This document shows, piece by piece, positions 34,702 through 43,425 of a stretch of 64,000 bases of DNA (position 1 is the stretch's first letter; the number at the start of each line of letters is the position of its first letter). Under the pieces are notes generated by a model that made no database searches, was not told the DNA's origin, and saw only the letters and a list, made by a program, of their open reading frames with translations. Source of the DNA: Flavobacteriaceae bacterium (lineage in GTDB: Bacteria; Bacteroidota; Bacteroidia; Flavobacteriales; Flavobacteriaceae); the NCBI GenBank assembly GCA_029248885.1, contig JAQWIL010000030.1, positions 1,431-65,430 on the forward strand. Direction: 5' to 3'. The position numbers and the translations under genes were made by a program.

Positions 34702-35765
34702 CTCCGTAGCTCCTTTATAATTTTTTGCACTGGAGATTTTACAAGAACCCATCCGACAGAAAACACCCCGCCTAAAAACGTCCAAATGATTACCATCATA
34801 GTTCGTTTAGGTTTCGACCGATCTAGTGGCACGCTTACGGGTTCAATAATCGTAAAAATGGGGGTGTCTTTGTTGACTTGGATTTTGGCTTGCTCAACTT
34901 GTCCTGCCAGTTCCTGAAAAACAGAGGAAGTCACTGAAAACTGTGACTCCAAACGAGTAAGTTGGTTTTGGTACAATGAGGATGTGATGTTGAGGTTTTG
35001 GTCTTTAAAGACCGCTATCGAATCCTGAATCTGTTCAAACTCTTGGCGTTTTGATTCATACTGCCTCTTGATGAAGTCTAAGTTATTTCTTGCGCTTTGA
35101 CTTTTAAACGCGATGATATTGTTCTGCAATAGATCTGTAGCGGCTTGCGCCAGTTGTGCAGCTACCATCCGGTCTGCTAACTCAACACTGATGGAAACCA
35201 ACCCTTCTTGATCATCCACTTCAATTGAGGCGACCTGTGCTAAAAACTCGAAAAGGTCCTTATCTTCCTCTGTAATTTGAAATAGCGTATTGTCTAAGGG
35301 TTCGTTGTTGTCGGTTTGCTTGTTGAGTAACAAGCCAGGGAGGCCTATGGTATATTTTTTCAGTAAAGGTAATATTGCCGAACCGCTACTTTGATCAAGG
35401 ATATAGTTTCGAAAGCTCGTGTCATTTGGCCCCACTTTAGCCTCTAACAATGCCAATCGGTAGGGAATGCTTTCCGCAATTTGCGGGTATAGCGATGGGG
35501 ATATATCTTGGGGCTGGCTGCCCATAATCGCTGAAAGATTAATGCCCGCTAGAGACGCTAGACCGCCTAAAGATGAGTTTGTTTGTCCTTCAGACAATTG
35601 AGGTACAAATGTAGCGGATGCTGTGTACTTGGTGGGGGAAACTAGTGCCAAAATCACTCCATAAATCGCAAAAAGTATGGTCGTTTTAATGACAAAACGC
35701 CTTGCGAGAAATACGGTTTTTAACAGGGCAATCAGGTCGATCTCGTCGTCTTTGTGCGTATCCAT
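34698..35765 (-). CDS. wzz: Polysaccharide chain-length determinant (Wzz/PCP) without a kinase domain
   Basis: N-terminal DEIDLIALLKTVFLARRFVIKTTILFAIYGVILALVSPTKYTASA, a coiled-coil middle and a C-terminal TM helix. No Walker motifs. Confidence 0.75.
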   Translation of the reverse strand: MDTHKDDEIDLIALLKTVFLARRFVIKTTILFAIYGVILALVSPTKYTASATFVPQLSEGQTNSSLGGLASLAGINLSAIMGSQPQDISPSLYPQIAESIPYRLALLEAKVGPNDTSFRNYILDQSSGSAILPLLKKYTIGLPGLLLNKQTDNNEPLDNTLFQITEEDKDLFEFLAQVASIEVDDQEGLVSISVELADRMVAAQLAQAATDLLQNNIIAFKSQSARNNLDFIKRQYESKRQEFEQIQDSIAVFKDQNLNITSSLYQNQLTRLESQFSVTSSVFQELAGQVEQAKIQVNKDTPIFTIIEPVSVPLDRSKPKRTMMVIIWTFLGGVFSVGWVLVKSPVQKIIKELRS

Positions 35766-35772
35766 ACTATAT

Positions 35773-38166
35773 TTAATTTTGGGTTAGAGATCTTACTAAT
35801 AGCGTCAATGAAGCAAGAGCCGATGTCATGCTGATGGTCTCTTGCAAAGTAATTGTGCGTTTTTTGTCTTTAACAGGCACAACCACTATGGCTCCTGGTT
35901 CTAGTTTGGGTCTGATGCGGAAAAATAAAAAGTTCTTGGTTCCTCTTACGTCTCCGTTTTGGTAAACCACATAGGCGTTTTTATGGTCAGAGGATCTTTT
36001 AACTCCTCCTGCTCGGTTTACGGCCTCACGGAAACTGATGTGTTTGGCGTATGGTGTTGCTGTCTCGCGTTGCACCTCACCCAACACAGAAATGGTAGAG
36101 TCTTCTTTTGGAAACATAACCACATCGCTTTCCTTGAGCAACACGTTGTCTGGATGATTCCCTTTGCTGGAAAGCACTTTTGAAAAGTCAACACCAATTT
36201 TAATGTTCGTGTCGTTGTCAACAAAAAAGAGGTTTAAGGAGTCTGCTGTGTCTTCTATGTTTTCTTGGGTTTGTTTGGATATCCTCCGCTCTACAGAAAC
36301 CCCCTTTAAGTTTGCTCCGTCTAGTACTCCCCCAGCATCATAGAAAAGATCATAGATTGTATAATCCTCCTTGATGATGGGATATGTTCCAGGTCGAGTG
36401 ACTTGTCCCTCCAAACGAACAAAGGTTGTTGACTGATAGCCTGGCTTCAGACGAACAACCATCAAGTCGGAAGGGGCTAATTCTACTTCTTTGGCTTCAT
36501 CAAACGAGAACCAACGTGCGTTAACTCGTTTGTTGGTTTGTTCCTCAGTGACATTGGTGTATAATTCGATTTGATCGGTGTTTGCACGGTCTTGAAAGCC
36601 ATTGGCAATCAAGATTAAGTCCCTTGCAGTCATGCCCTTGAAAAAGGGCACTTCGCCTGGCTTGTTAACTATTCCTCGAATCGTGACCTTTTTCTCCGGG
36701 TTTATGTTTTCCATTGAAATGACAACTAAGCTGTCGTTGGGTTGCAATTGTACATCTTGGGTGTTATTGACAATCTCTGCCAAATCAATGGTTTTGACTT
36801 CATTTACAAAACCTTGTTTTGACCGATACAAAATTGCCGCCTCTGCATAGGCGTCTGGGGTTAGCCCGCTTGCGCTTTTCAAAAGAGATGAAAGGGTTGG
36901 TGTTTCATTAAATGGATAGTTTCCAGGTAAATAGACTTCTCCTGAAACACTGATTCGATTTGTATACTTGTCTGTGACGTTTTTTGCCTCTACCGTGTCT
37001 CCGTCGGTGAGTTGAGCAGTGGCATAACCCTTGTGTTCGATTTTAATGATTTCACGCTGGAGTTCCACCACACGATCGACATAAACTGCTTTTTTATAAG
37101 CAGAAGAAGAAAAGCCTCCAGTGTATGACAACAGGTCTTCGATGGTTTCGTTTTCTAAGGTTTCGAAGCGACCGGTGTTCTTAAAAGCTCCCTCAACCGT
37201 AATGCGTTTGTGATGTGGAGCAACCACAATTACGTCCTGATCATTTAGAAAAAAAGGAGGGTAGGTTCCTTTGACAAAAAAGTCATATAGATCTATGGAC
37301 ATGACCTCTTTTCCGTTCCGTAAAATCGAAATGTCCCGATAACTTCCGTTTTCCGTTGGTCCTCCTGCCGCATAAAGCGCGTTTAAGACCGAAGAAAACC
37401 CAGAAATCGTATAGGTTCCCGGAGCTTCTACACTTCCTGTAATGTTCACCACAACACTTCTTGCTTTTTGGAGGTTTACGTCTAGATATACCTTTGACTC
37501 ATTGGTAGAGTCCGGAGAAAGGCCTGTGTAGATGGAAGAAAATTCATTTCTAATTTTGCGTTCTGCTGCTGCTAAAGTGAGTCCCGATAAATACATCGGC
37601 TTTAGACGATCGATTCGCACAACACCTTGTCGCGATAGAGTGGCCTCATAGCGATTTTCCGATGCCCCCCAAACGTCTATGGTAATTTCATCGGAAGGGC
37701 CTAAACGATATCCCGCAGGCGTGGCCACATAAAACTGTGGGGTTTCTGTGATGTTTTTATTTGCAAAAAAGCCGCTTCCAAAAATGTCTGACCCCTCCTC
37801 TTCCTCAAAGAAAGAAAACATATCTGATTGATTGCCAAACATAAGGGGTTCCTCAATTTGTCCATTCTGTGCCTGATTTTCAACAGCTCCACCTGATTGC
37901 GAACCAGACCATGCGTTTCTAAGTAAAGACAGGTCTTCAAGGTTTGCCCCTTGCGCTTTAGCGAGCCCCTCTAATTGGAGTAAAGAATACCCGCGCTTTC
38001 GAGCCTCTAGCACATAGCTGAATTGTTGTTTGGGAGTTAGGTTTCGAATCTGCGTCAAAAAGGGTGTTGTTTCTTGTGCAACAGAGGGTGCTGTACATAA
38101 AAACAGTGCTGTTGAACACATTGCGAGCACCACGCGAAGTGGGGTTGTAAAGAATCGTTTTTGCAT
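35773..38166 (-). CDS. wza: Polysaccharide export outer-membrane protein (Wza-like, Poly_export plus multiple SLBB domains)
   Basis: Signal peptide, YRLGPSDEITIDVWG (Poly_export motif), repeated SLBB-like GEV..PG.Y segments; 797 aa. Confidence 0.8.
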   Translation of the reverse strand: MQKRFFTTPLRVVLAMCSTALFLCTAPSVAQETTPFLTQIRNLTPKQQFSYVLEARKRGYSLLQLEGLAKAQGANLEDLSLLRNAWSGSQSGGAVENQAQNGQIEEPLMFGNQSDMFSFFEEEEGSDIFGSGFFANKNITETPQFYVATPAGYRLGPSDEITIDVWGASENRYEATLSRQGVVRIDRLKPMYLSGLTLAAAERKIRNEFSSIYTGLSPDSTNESKVYLDVNLQKARSVVVNITGSVEAPGTYTISGFSSVLNALYAAGGPTENGSYRDISILRNGKEVMSIDLYDFFVKGTYPPFFLNDQDVIVVAPHHKRITVEGAFKNTGRFETLENETIEDLLSYTGGFSSSAYKKAVYVDRVVELQREIIKIEHKGYATAQLTDGDTVEAKNVTDKYTNRISVSGEVYLPGNYPFNETPTLSSLLKSASGLTPDAYAEAAILYRSKQGFVNEVKTIDLAEIVNNTQDVQLQPNDSLVVISMENINPEKKVTIRGIVNKPGEVPFFKGMTARDLILIANGFQDRANTDQIELYTNVTEEQTNKRVNARWFSFDEAKEVELAPSDLMVVRLKPGYQSTTFVRLEGQVTRPGTYPIIKEDYTIYDLFYDAGGVLDGANLKGVSVERRISKQTQENIEDTADSLNLFFVDNDTNIKIGVDFSKVLSSKGNHPDNVLLKESDVVMFPKEDSTISVLGEVQRETATPYAKHISFREAVNRAGGVKRSSDHKNAYVVYQNGDVRGTKNFLFFRIRPKLEPGAIVVVPVKDKKRTITLQETISMTSALASLTLLVRSLTQN

Positions 38167-39816
38167 TTATTCTGTGCTTATTTTTTCTAAAATCTTTTGG
38201 GTAATCGTATAGGTTGGCACTACCCCCACTTGTCCCAATGAACCAGAGGCCAATGTGCTTCCTGTCTCCAAAGGGTTATCAGAGGCATAATACGCATAGC
38301 GTAGCTTAATGGTGGGGCGAACCGTTTTTCGGATGTGCATCGCTGATTGAATCGCTTTTTGATAGTGAACTCCTTCCATTTCAATTCCGATTACTTTCCA
38401 TGAGGAGCGGCAAAAGTACGTTAAAATGTCTTTGTTTTGAAGCGAGGTGCCCAAGACCGTAATCATTGTGCCTTCTAGAGTTGGAATCTTTGTATTGCTA
38501 AAATCTTCGGATGACAAGTCGTTGTGAAAAGGATAATTGTCAGAAGTGCCTTCAAATATATGAGCTGTTGGCACCATAATATCCCCTTTCTTGCCTTTCA
38601 TAATTCCTGCCTTCCCCATAACTGAAATGGATTCGAGTTGTTTTCCTGTTTTTGTTTTTAGCAGTTCGTCCATCAGCTCATAAGCTTGCTCGCCAAACGC
38701 ATAATCAAAAACCAACAATACTGTTCCTTTGGTAAACGCAAGCTTTTTGAGTTTTATTTTGTCGGTATCTATAATTTGTGCGTGTACATTGCAGCCAGAT
38801 TTGTCGTGAACATCAATAAATCCCTGTTTTGATGCAAAACGCTGTACTTTTTTTTGCTTGTTTTCATCAGCGATAAACTGCCCAAAAAAAGCCATGTCCT
38901 CTGCGGTTGTTCCCAGGGCGTCCTCGGCATAGAGATGATTTAAAAAGCTATGTCGGTTTGCAGATATCAAGTGGATTGGTCGGTTGGTCAAATTGTGCTG
39001 TTCCAAGACTTGATATAGCTGATTTGCCCATCGTTCTCCATGAACATGGTGCCCAATCTGGTCTCCCAACATTGCGCTAAAGGTCACTGATCGCTTCTCT
39101 CCATTGCTGCGTTCTTGGACGGCAAGACGAACCATGTGATATATCAGCTGAATAAATCGATGTGGCGATTTAGCGGTTTGGAATCGATTGTAAAACTCAA
39201 CCGCTTCGTTATATGTGCACTCTAGCAATTGGGCAAGATAAGCCATGGTTGATTCTAAATCTTTTTTTTCCACCGTTTTTGTGGCTGTTGCTGTGGTTTC
39301 AATTTTTTGCCATTCCCGGGTCGTTTGTTTAGAAGACGGTACATAAACACGGTTGCAGATTTTGTCTGCTTCGATAAATAAAAATGTCAGGTGGGTCAAA
39401 ATGTCATAAACTTCCGACCTCCCTCTGGTCACCTCAATGACCATTTGATCTTTGTCAATACGATAACAGTTTCGCCTTCTTTTGGCTGGAATAATGGGCT
39501 GAAAACTAGAGGAAGAAAGGCCTTCTTCTGCGGTGAGGTTGACAGAAACGCACTCTGCAATCCCCTCGGGCAATCGGTCAATCACATAGAGTAGGCCATT
39601 CAACTCTGTTTTGGATTCTGCTATTGAGCCATAAATTTCTGGTTTTAGCGTTAGCAAAGCGTTCCGCAAAGAAGCCCCCGAAACTCCCATCGGTTTGTAA
39701 AAGCCCCTGTTAAGCAAATGGCGCATGCTGATATACATTCGAGCAATCGCATTTGAAGATTCTTGCGCACGCTTCCGTATGGAAGGTGAAACTGTTGATT
39801 GTTGTGTCATCGGCAT
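38167..39816 (-). CDS. Conserved-looking hypothetical protein; the C-terminal third resembles the nucleoside phosphorylase/nucleosidase (PNP_UDP_1) fold
   Basis: C-terminal order of elements: VLLVFDYAFGEQA...SVMGKAGIMKGKKGDIMVP...GTMITVLGT...VIGIEMEGV. No family recognised for the N-terminal 350 aa. The start may be ATG 39816 or ATG 39810 (ATGA overlap with the GH3 stop). Confidence 0.3.
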   Translation of the reverse strand: MPMTQQSTVSPSIRKRAQESSNAIARMYISMRHLLNRGFYKPMGVSGASLRNALLTLKPEIYGSIAESKTELNGLLYVIDRLPEGIAECVSVNLTAEEGLSSSSFQPIIPAKRRRNCYRIDKDQMVIEVTRGRSEVYDILTHLTFLFIEADKICNRVYVPSSKQTTREWQKIETTATATKTVEKKDLESTMAYLAQLLECTYNEAVEFYNRFQTAKSPHRFIQLIYHMVRLAVQERSNGEKRSVTFSAMLGDQIGHHVHGERWANQLYQVLEQHNLTNRPIHLISANRHSFLNHLYAEDALGTTAEDMAFFGQFIADENKQKKVQRFASKQGFIDVHDKSGCNVHAQIIDTDKIKLKKLAFTKGTVLLVFDYAFGEQAYELMDELLKTKTGKQLESISVMGKAGIMKGKKGDIMVPTAHIFEGTSDNYPFHNDLSSEDFSNTKIPTLEGTMITVLGTSLQNKDILTYFCRSSWKVIGIEMEGVHYQKAIQSAMHIRKTVRPTIKLRYAYYASDNPLETGSTLASGSLGQVGVVPTYTITQKILEKISTE

Positions 39817-41300
39817 TCTGCTATTAACTCGTCTGCAATTTTACGGTCATTGGTCAAACGAGGAACCTTGTTTTGTCCTCCCAATTTACCAATTCTTTTC
39901 ATATAGCGAGAAAACCCCTCTTTATCAACGGTTCGAACTTCCAGCGATCGCAATACTTTTCCTTCGATAAGATCTTGATAATAACTGTTTTGAGCACATA
40001 GATGCTGGTCGAGAGCCAAACAAAACTGAGCCATGTCTTTTGGGGGTGAGGTAAACTCAATAAACCACTCGTGGTACGGGAGTCCCTGTTCTGGATTCAC
40101 CTGGGGGGCAACCGTAAACTCACTGATTTCAACCCCTGTATTCTCTGTCGCGAGCAAAAGGGCTTTCTCGACTTCTTTTCCAATAACATGCTCGCCAAAA
40201 GCAGAGATAAAATGCTTGATTCGTCCCGAGACCACAACTCGATATGGAGATGTGGAGGTGAACATCACCGTGTCTCCAATGTTATAGCCCCACAATCCGG
40301 CGCTTGTAGAGATGATCATCACATAGTTAACCCCTACTTCAACTCCGGATAGTCCGAAGCGAGGTGGTGAGTGATCAAAAAACTGGTCCGCAGGGATAAA
40401 CTCATAAAAAATTCCCGAGTCAAGCTGCAACAACATGCCGTTGCTGTCTGGTTGATCTTGGAATGCAAAAAAGCCCTCTGACGCAGGGTAGAGCTCAACA
40501 CTCGGAACGCGACGTCCGACCAAGCTTTCGAGCTTTGTTCGATATGGCTCGAAATTTACTCCGCCGTACACAAATAAATTAAAGTTCGGAAAAAGATCCC
40601 CTGCTTTCTTTCCTGTTTTTGCCGCTAATTTTTCATAATACATGCTTACCCATGGTGGTATGCCGCTTATCAAACGCATATCCTCGTAATGGGTTTCTTC
40701 AACAATCGCGTCCACTTTGGTTTCCCAGTCTTCAATGCAGTTGGTTTTCCATGATGGTAAGCGGTTTTTTTGGAGGTATTTCGGGACATAATGCGCAACA
40801 ATCCCTGAAAGTCGTCCAAGTGCAATCCCGTTTTTTTGTTCAAGGATTGGGCTCCCTTGTAAAAAAATCATTTTCCCATCTACAAATGAGGCGTCTCCTG
40901 TTGCTTGAATATGACAAAACAAGGCGTTTTTTGCCGCCTCAATGTGTGTGGGCATTGACGCTTTTGTCAAGGGGATAAACTTGGTGCCTGAAGTGGTGCC
41001 TGAGGTTTTTGCAAAATACAATGGTTTGCCTGGCCACAATACATTTGCTTCGCCTGCAACCACCCGATCTACGTAGGCGCGTAAGCCCTCATAATCCACA
41101 ATCGGAACTCGATTGACAAAGTCTTCATGGGTTTGAATTTGGTCAAAACCATGGTCTTTGCCAAAAGCGGTTTGTTTTGCTTTTTGAATAAGCTGCTGAA
41201 AAACTCTTTGTTGCGTTTCAATCGGGTTTGCTGCCCAATTGTTTATTTTTTTACGTGCTCGTGTTGCGAGCTGTTTGGCTACAATTTTTCGCAATGACAT
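39807..41300 (-). CDS. GH3 family protein (adenylate-forming acyl-acid amido synthetase-like; 'GH3 auxin-responsive promoter' family)
   Basis: NPIETQQRVFQQLI...FGKDHGF...FVNRVPIVDYEGL...YFAKTSGTTSGTKFIP is typical of bacterial GH3 proteins. Start re-set to ATG 41300 (the track start 41309 is TTG). Confidence 0.8.
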   Translation of the reverse strand: MSLRKIVAKQLATRARKKINNWAANPIETQQRVFQQLIQKAKQTAFGKDHGFDQIQTHEDFVNRVPIVDYEGLRAYVDRVVAGEANVLWPGKPLYFAKTSGTTSGTKFIPLTKASMPTHIEAAKNALFCHIQATGDASFVDGKMIFLQGSPILEQKNGIALGRLSGIVAHYVPKYLQKNRLPSWKTNCIEDWETKVDAIVEETHYEDMRLISGIPPWVSMYYEKLAAKTGKKAGDLFPNFNLFVYGGVNFEPYRTKLESLVGRRVPSVELYPASEGFFAFQDQPDSNGMLLQLDSGIFYEFIPADQFFDHSPPRFGLSGVEVGVNYVMIISTSAGLWGYNIGDTVMFTSTSPYRVVVSGRIKHFISAFGEHVIGKEVEKALLLATENTGVEISEFTVAPQVNPEQGLPYHEWFIEFTSPPKDMAQFCLALDQHLCAQNSYYQDLIEGKVLRSLEVRTVDKEGFSRYMKRIGKLGGQNKVPRLTNDRKIADELIAECR

Positions 41301-41301
41301 C

Positions 41302-42171
41302 TTACTCAAATTCGATTAATTCCGTAGGGTTGATCGGATAGCCGTCGCTCCATAATTCCAAGTGTAGATGAGGTCCTGTTGACAAAATGCCAGTGCTTCC
41401 TGCAAAGCCAATGACTTCACCTGAAACCACGAGGTCTCCTTGATTTACCGCTAATGATTCGTTGTGTTTATACACAGAAATAAGGTTTTGTTCATGTTTA
41501 ATAATAACAACATAGCCCGTCTCTGTTGTCCACTCAGCTAAAATCACCGTTCCGTCCGAAACTGCTTTTACTGGTGTCTTTTCTGGTACCCCGATATCGA
41601 CTGCAAAATGGTTTTCTGAAGGGTTGTAACCTTGGGTGATTACACCTGTTAGTGGGGGAAACAAAGTAAAATTACTTTCAGTACCTGCTGTTTCAAACAA
41701 ATTGAACCGGTCTTCTTGTGCAACCTCTGCACGTAGGATAGAGTCTTGTTGGTTTGTACTAAAATCAAGCTCTTCTATCAAGTCAATCTCTGATTGAACA
41801 TTTCTTGAGGGGATGTCCTCTAAATCCACATTCCCGGTCAAAGCATCCGTTATTGAGGAAATATAACGTTGGTTTAGTAGCAGTTGCTGCTGCAAGGAAT
41901 CCATGAGATAGGTGTTGTTGATTGCTTGTCGCCGCATGACGGTAGAGTCGTATCCAGGAATATATTCTTTGAGGGGGGTTAAGGCAATAATCATATAGGT
42001 TGCTCCGATTAAAAAGATCGCAGAGATGCTCACAATCATAAAAACATTAAATCGACTGAGTTTGTAAGAAAGCATTTCTTCGAATGTGTTCTCATTGAGA
42101 ACAACAAAACGATATTTTGCCAAAAATTTGGCGCGTAGCGATTTCTTGTCTTTGTGATTTGATTTGGCCAT
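41302..42171 (-). CDS. M23 family metallopeptidase with an N-terminal membrane anchor
   Basis: HFAVDI, GYVVIIKH and GPHLHLELW motifs (HxxxD...HxH) plus an N-terminal TM helix. Start re-set to ATG 42171. Confidence 0.85.
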   Translation of the reverse strand: MAKSNHKDKKSLRAKFLAKYRFVVLNENTFEEMLSYKLSRFNVFMIVSISAIFLIGATYMIIALTPLKEYIPGYDSTVMRRQAINNTYLMDSLQQQLLLNQRYISSITDALTGNVDLEDIPSRNVQSEIDLIEELDFSTNQQDSILRAEVAQEDRFNLFETAGTESNFTLFPPLTGVITQGYNPSENHFAVDIGVPEKTPVKAVSDGTVILAEWTTETGYVVIIKHEQNLISVYKHNESLAVNQGDLVVSGEVIGFAGSTGILSTGPHLHLELWSDGYPINPTELIEFE

Positions 42172-42177
42172 CGTTTG

Positions 42178-42185
42178 CAAATATA
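42178..42185 (-). promoter_or_regulatory. -7 box (TATATTTG) before the M23 peptidase gene (short-spacing class)
   Basis: Exact match, 6 nt upstream of ATG 42171. Confidence 0.3.
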
Positions 42186-42229
42186 GCCAACTCTGTTTTG
42201 GGGTGTCTGAGAGTTCGAAAAAACTTTAC

Positions 42230-42237
42230 TACATTTG
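42230..42237 (+). promoter_or_regulatory. -7 box (TACATTTG) for tatA
   Basis: Exact match, 16 nt upstream of ATG 42254. Confidence 0.4.
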
Positions 42238-42253
42238 TTTAAAATAATCTCTT

Positions 42254-42427
42254 ATGTCCGCAATTTTTGTTCTTTTAGCAATCGGTCCATGGCAAATTGT
42301 TCTCCTCGTTGTTTTGGTTGTTCTTCTGTTTGGGGGACGCAAAATTCCAGAACTTATGCGCGGTCTAGGTACTGGTATCAAAGAGTTTAAAGACGCTTCC
42401 AAAGAAGACGACGCTGAAAAAGAATAA
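42254..42427 (+). CDS. tatA: Twin-arginine translocase subunit TatA/E
   Basis: My own translation (57 aa, below the track cutoff): MSAIFVLLAIGPWQIVLLVVLVVLLFGGRKIPELMRGLGTGIKEFKDASKEDDAEKE. It has the canonical FG(G)RKIPEL..G.G..I..FK motif. A -7 box lies 16 nt upstream. Confidence 0.85.
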   Translation: MSAIFVLLAIGPWQIVLLVVLVVLLFGGRKIPELMRGLGTGIKEFKDASKEDDAEKE

Positions 42428-42431
42428 TCAT

Positions 42432-43406
42432 TTAGCGGCTTTCTTGTAAAGACCCAAGTATCGTTTCGACTTCAAATATGTAGTCTCGCTTTGCAGAAGA
42501 GGGTGCAAACACAAATCCTTCCAGCACGACATTTCTGTTGTTGGGCTTATCATTGATAATATACTGTAAAAAGGGGCCAGCCATAAAGTCGCCCTGCACC
42601 TCCCATGTTCCACGAATTTCTAATGCGGGTTTCTTTCCAAATGTTGTTTGATATACATATGGTTCATATGCTTTTTCAGTGATGAAATAGCTGTTTGGTA
42701 GGCGTCCCGGAATAAATGACTTTCCGATGGAGTCGTGTTGAGCAATGATTTTCTCTAGGTTTTGATCTACAACAATCCCTTCGTCGAAAGTCGTTGTTGT
42801 AACCAATAGATTGATGTGTCCTTTTTGAATTTCTCGTTGAAACCAAGATGTGGTCTCGTTTTCCTTAAAAATCTTATAGGCGGACGGCATCGTTAATGTA
42901 AAGCCAAATTTTTCGTCGAGCCCATGCTTGTTAAAAGTCGATTTGCGAATTCTACGCAACCGTTCGGCACGTTCCTGTACACGAAGGGTTTTAATTAACT
43001 CCTCCGATTGAGAAACAATGATTTCTGTTAGTGCAGTGGGTGTTGGTGCCGTAACGACCGCCACGGTCTGCGGTTGTGCATAGGTGTTCTTGTCAATACG
43101 TACATTGGTTTGATCATGAATCCCAACCCATAGCACGCTGCGGCTTGATTGCGCAAAACCCGAAAACACCTCCGGTGGAATTTGCTTGAGATCAAACAAT
43201 GGTTCTTGTTGAGGCAGTCCCTCGGCGGGATAGGCATACATGTCTCTAACGGTTTGTCCGATCGCACCCCCCCACAATTGGTCGGTCATCACTACCGTGA
43301 TTGTGTTGATGTTTCCGTTAGAAGATAAAACAAGGGGTGCACTTTTTTTGTTATGGCATGAGGTGGTGGTGAGTAGAAGAATAAGGGGTATAAAGTAGCG
43401 TTTCAT
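42432..43406 (-). CDS. Lipoprotein of unknown function (possibly DUF4837-like)
   Basis: Lipobox LLLTTTSC; soluble 300-aa body. The family name is from memory only. Confidence 0.4.
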   Translation of the reverse strand: MKRYFIPLILLLTTTSCHNKKSAPLVLSSNGNINTITVVMTDQLWGGAIGQTVRDMYAYPAEGLPQQEPLFDLKQIPPEVFSGFAQSSRSVLWVGIHDQTNVRIDKNTYAQPQTVAVVTAPTPTALTEIIVSQSEELIKTLRVQERAERLRRIRKSTFNKHGLDEKFGFTLTMPSAYKIFKENETTSWFQREIQKGHINLLVTTTTFDEGIVVDQNLEKIIAQHDSIGKSFIPGRLPNSYFITEKAYEPYVYQTTFGKKPALEIRGTWEVQGDFMAGPFLQYIINDKPNNRNVVLEGFVFAPSSAKRDYIFEVETILGSLQESR

Positions 43407-43425
43407 GTTTTTTGTTTATCAAAAA

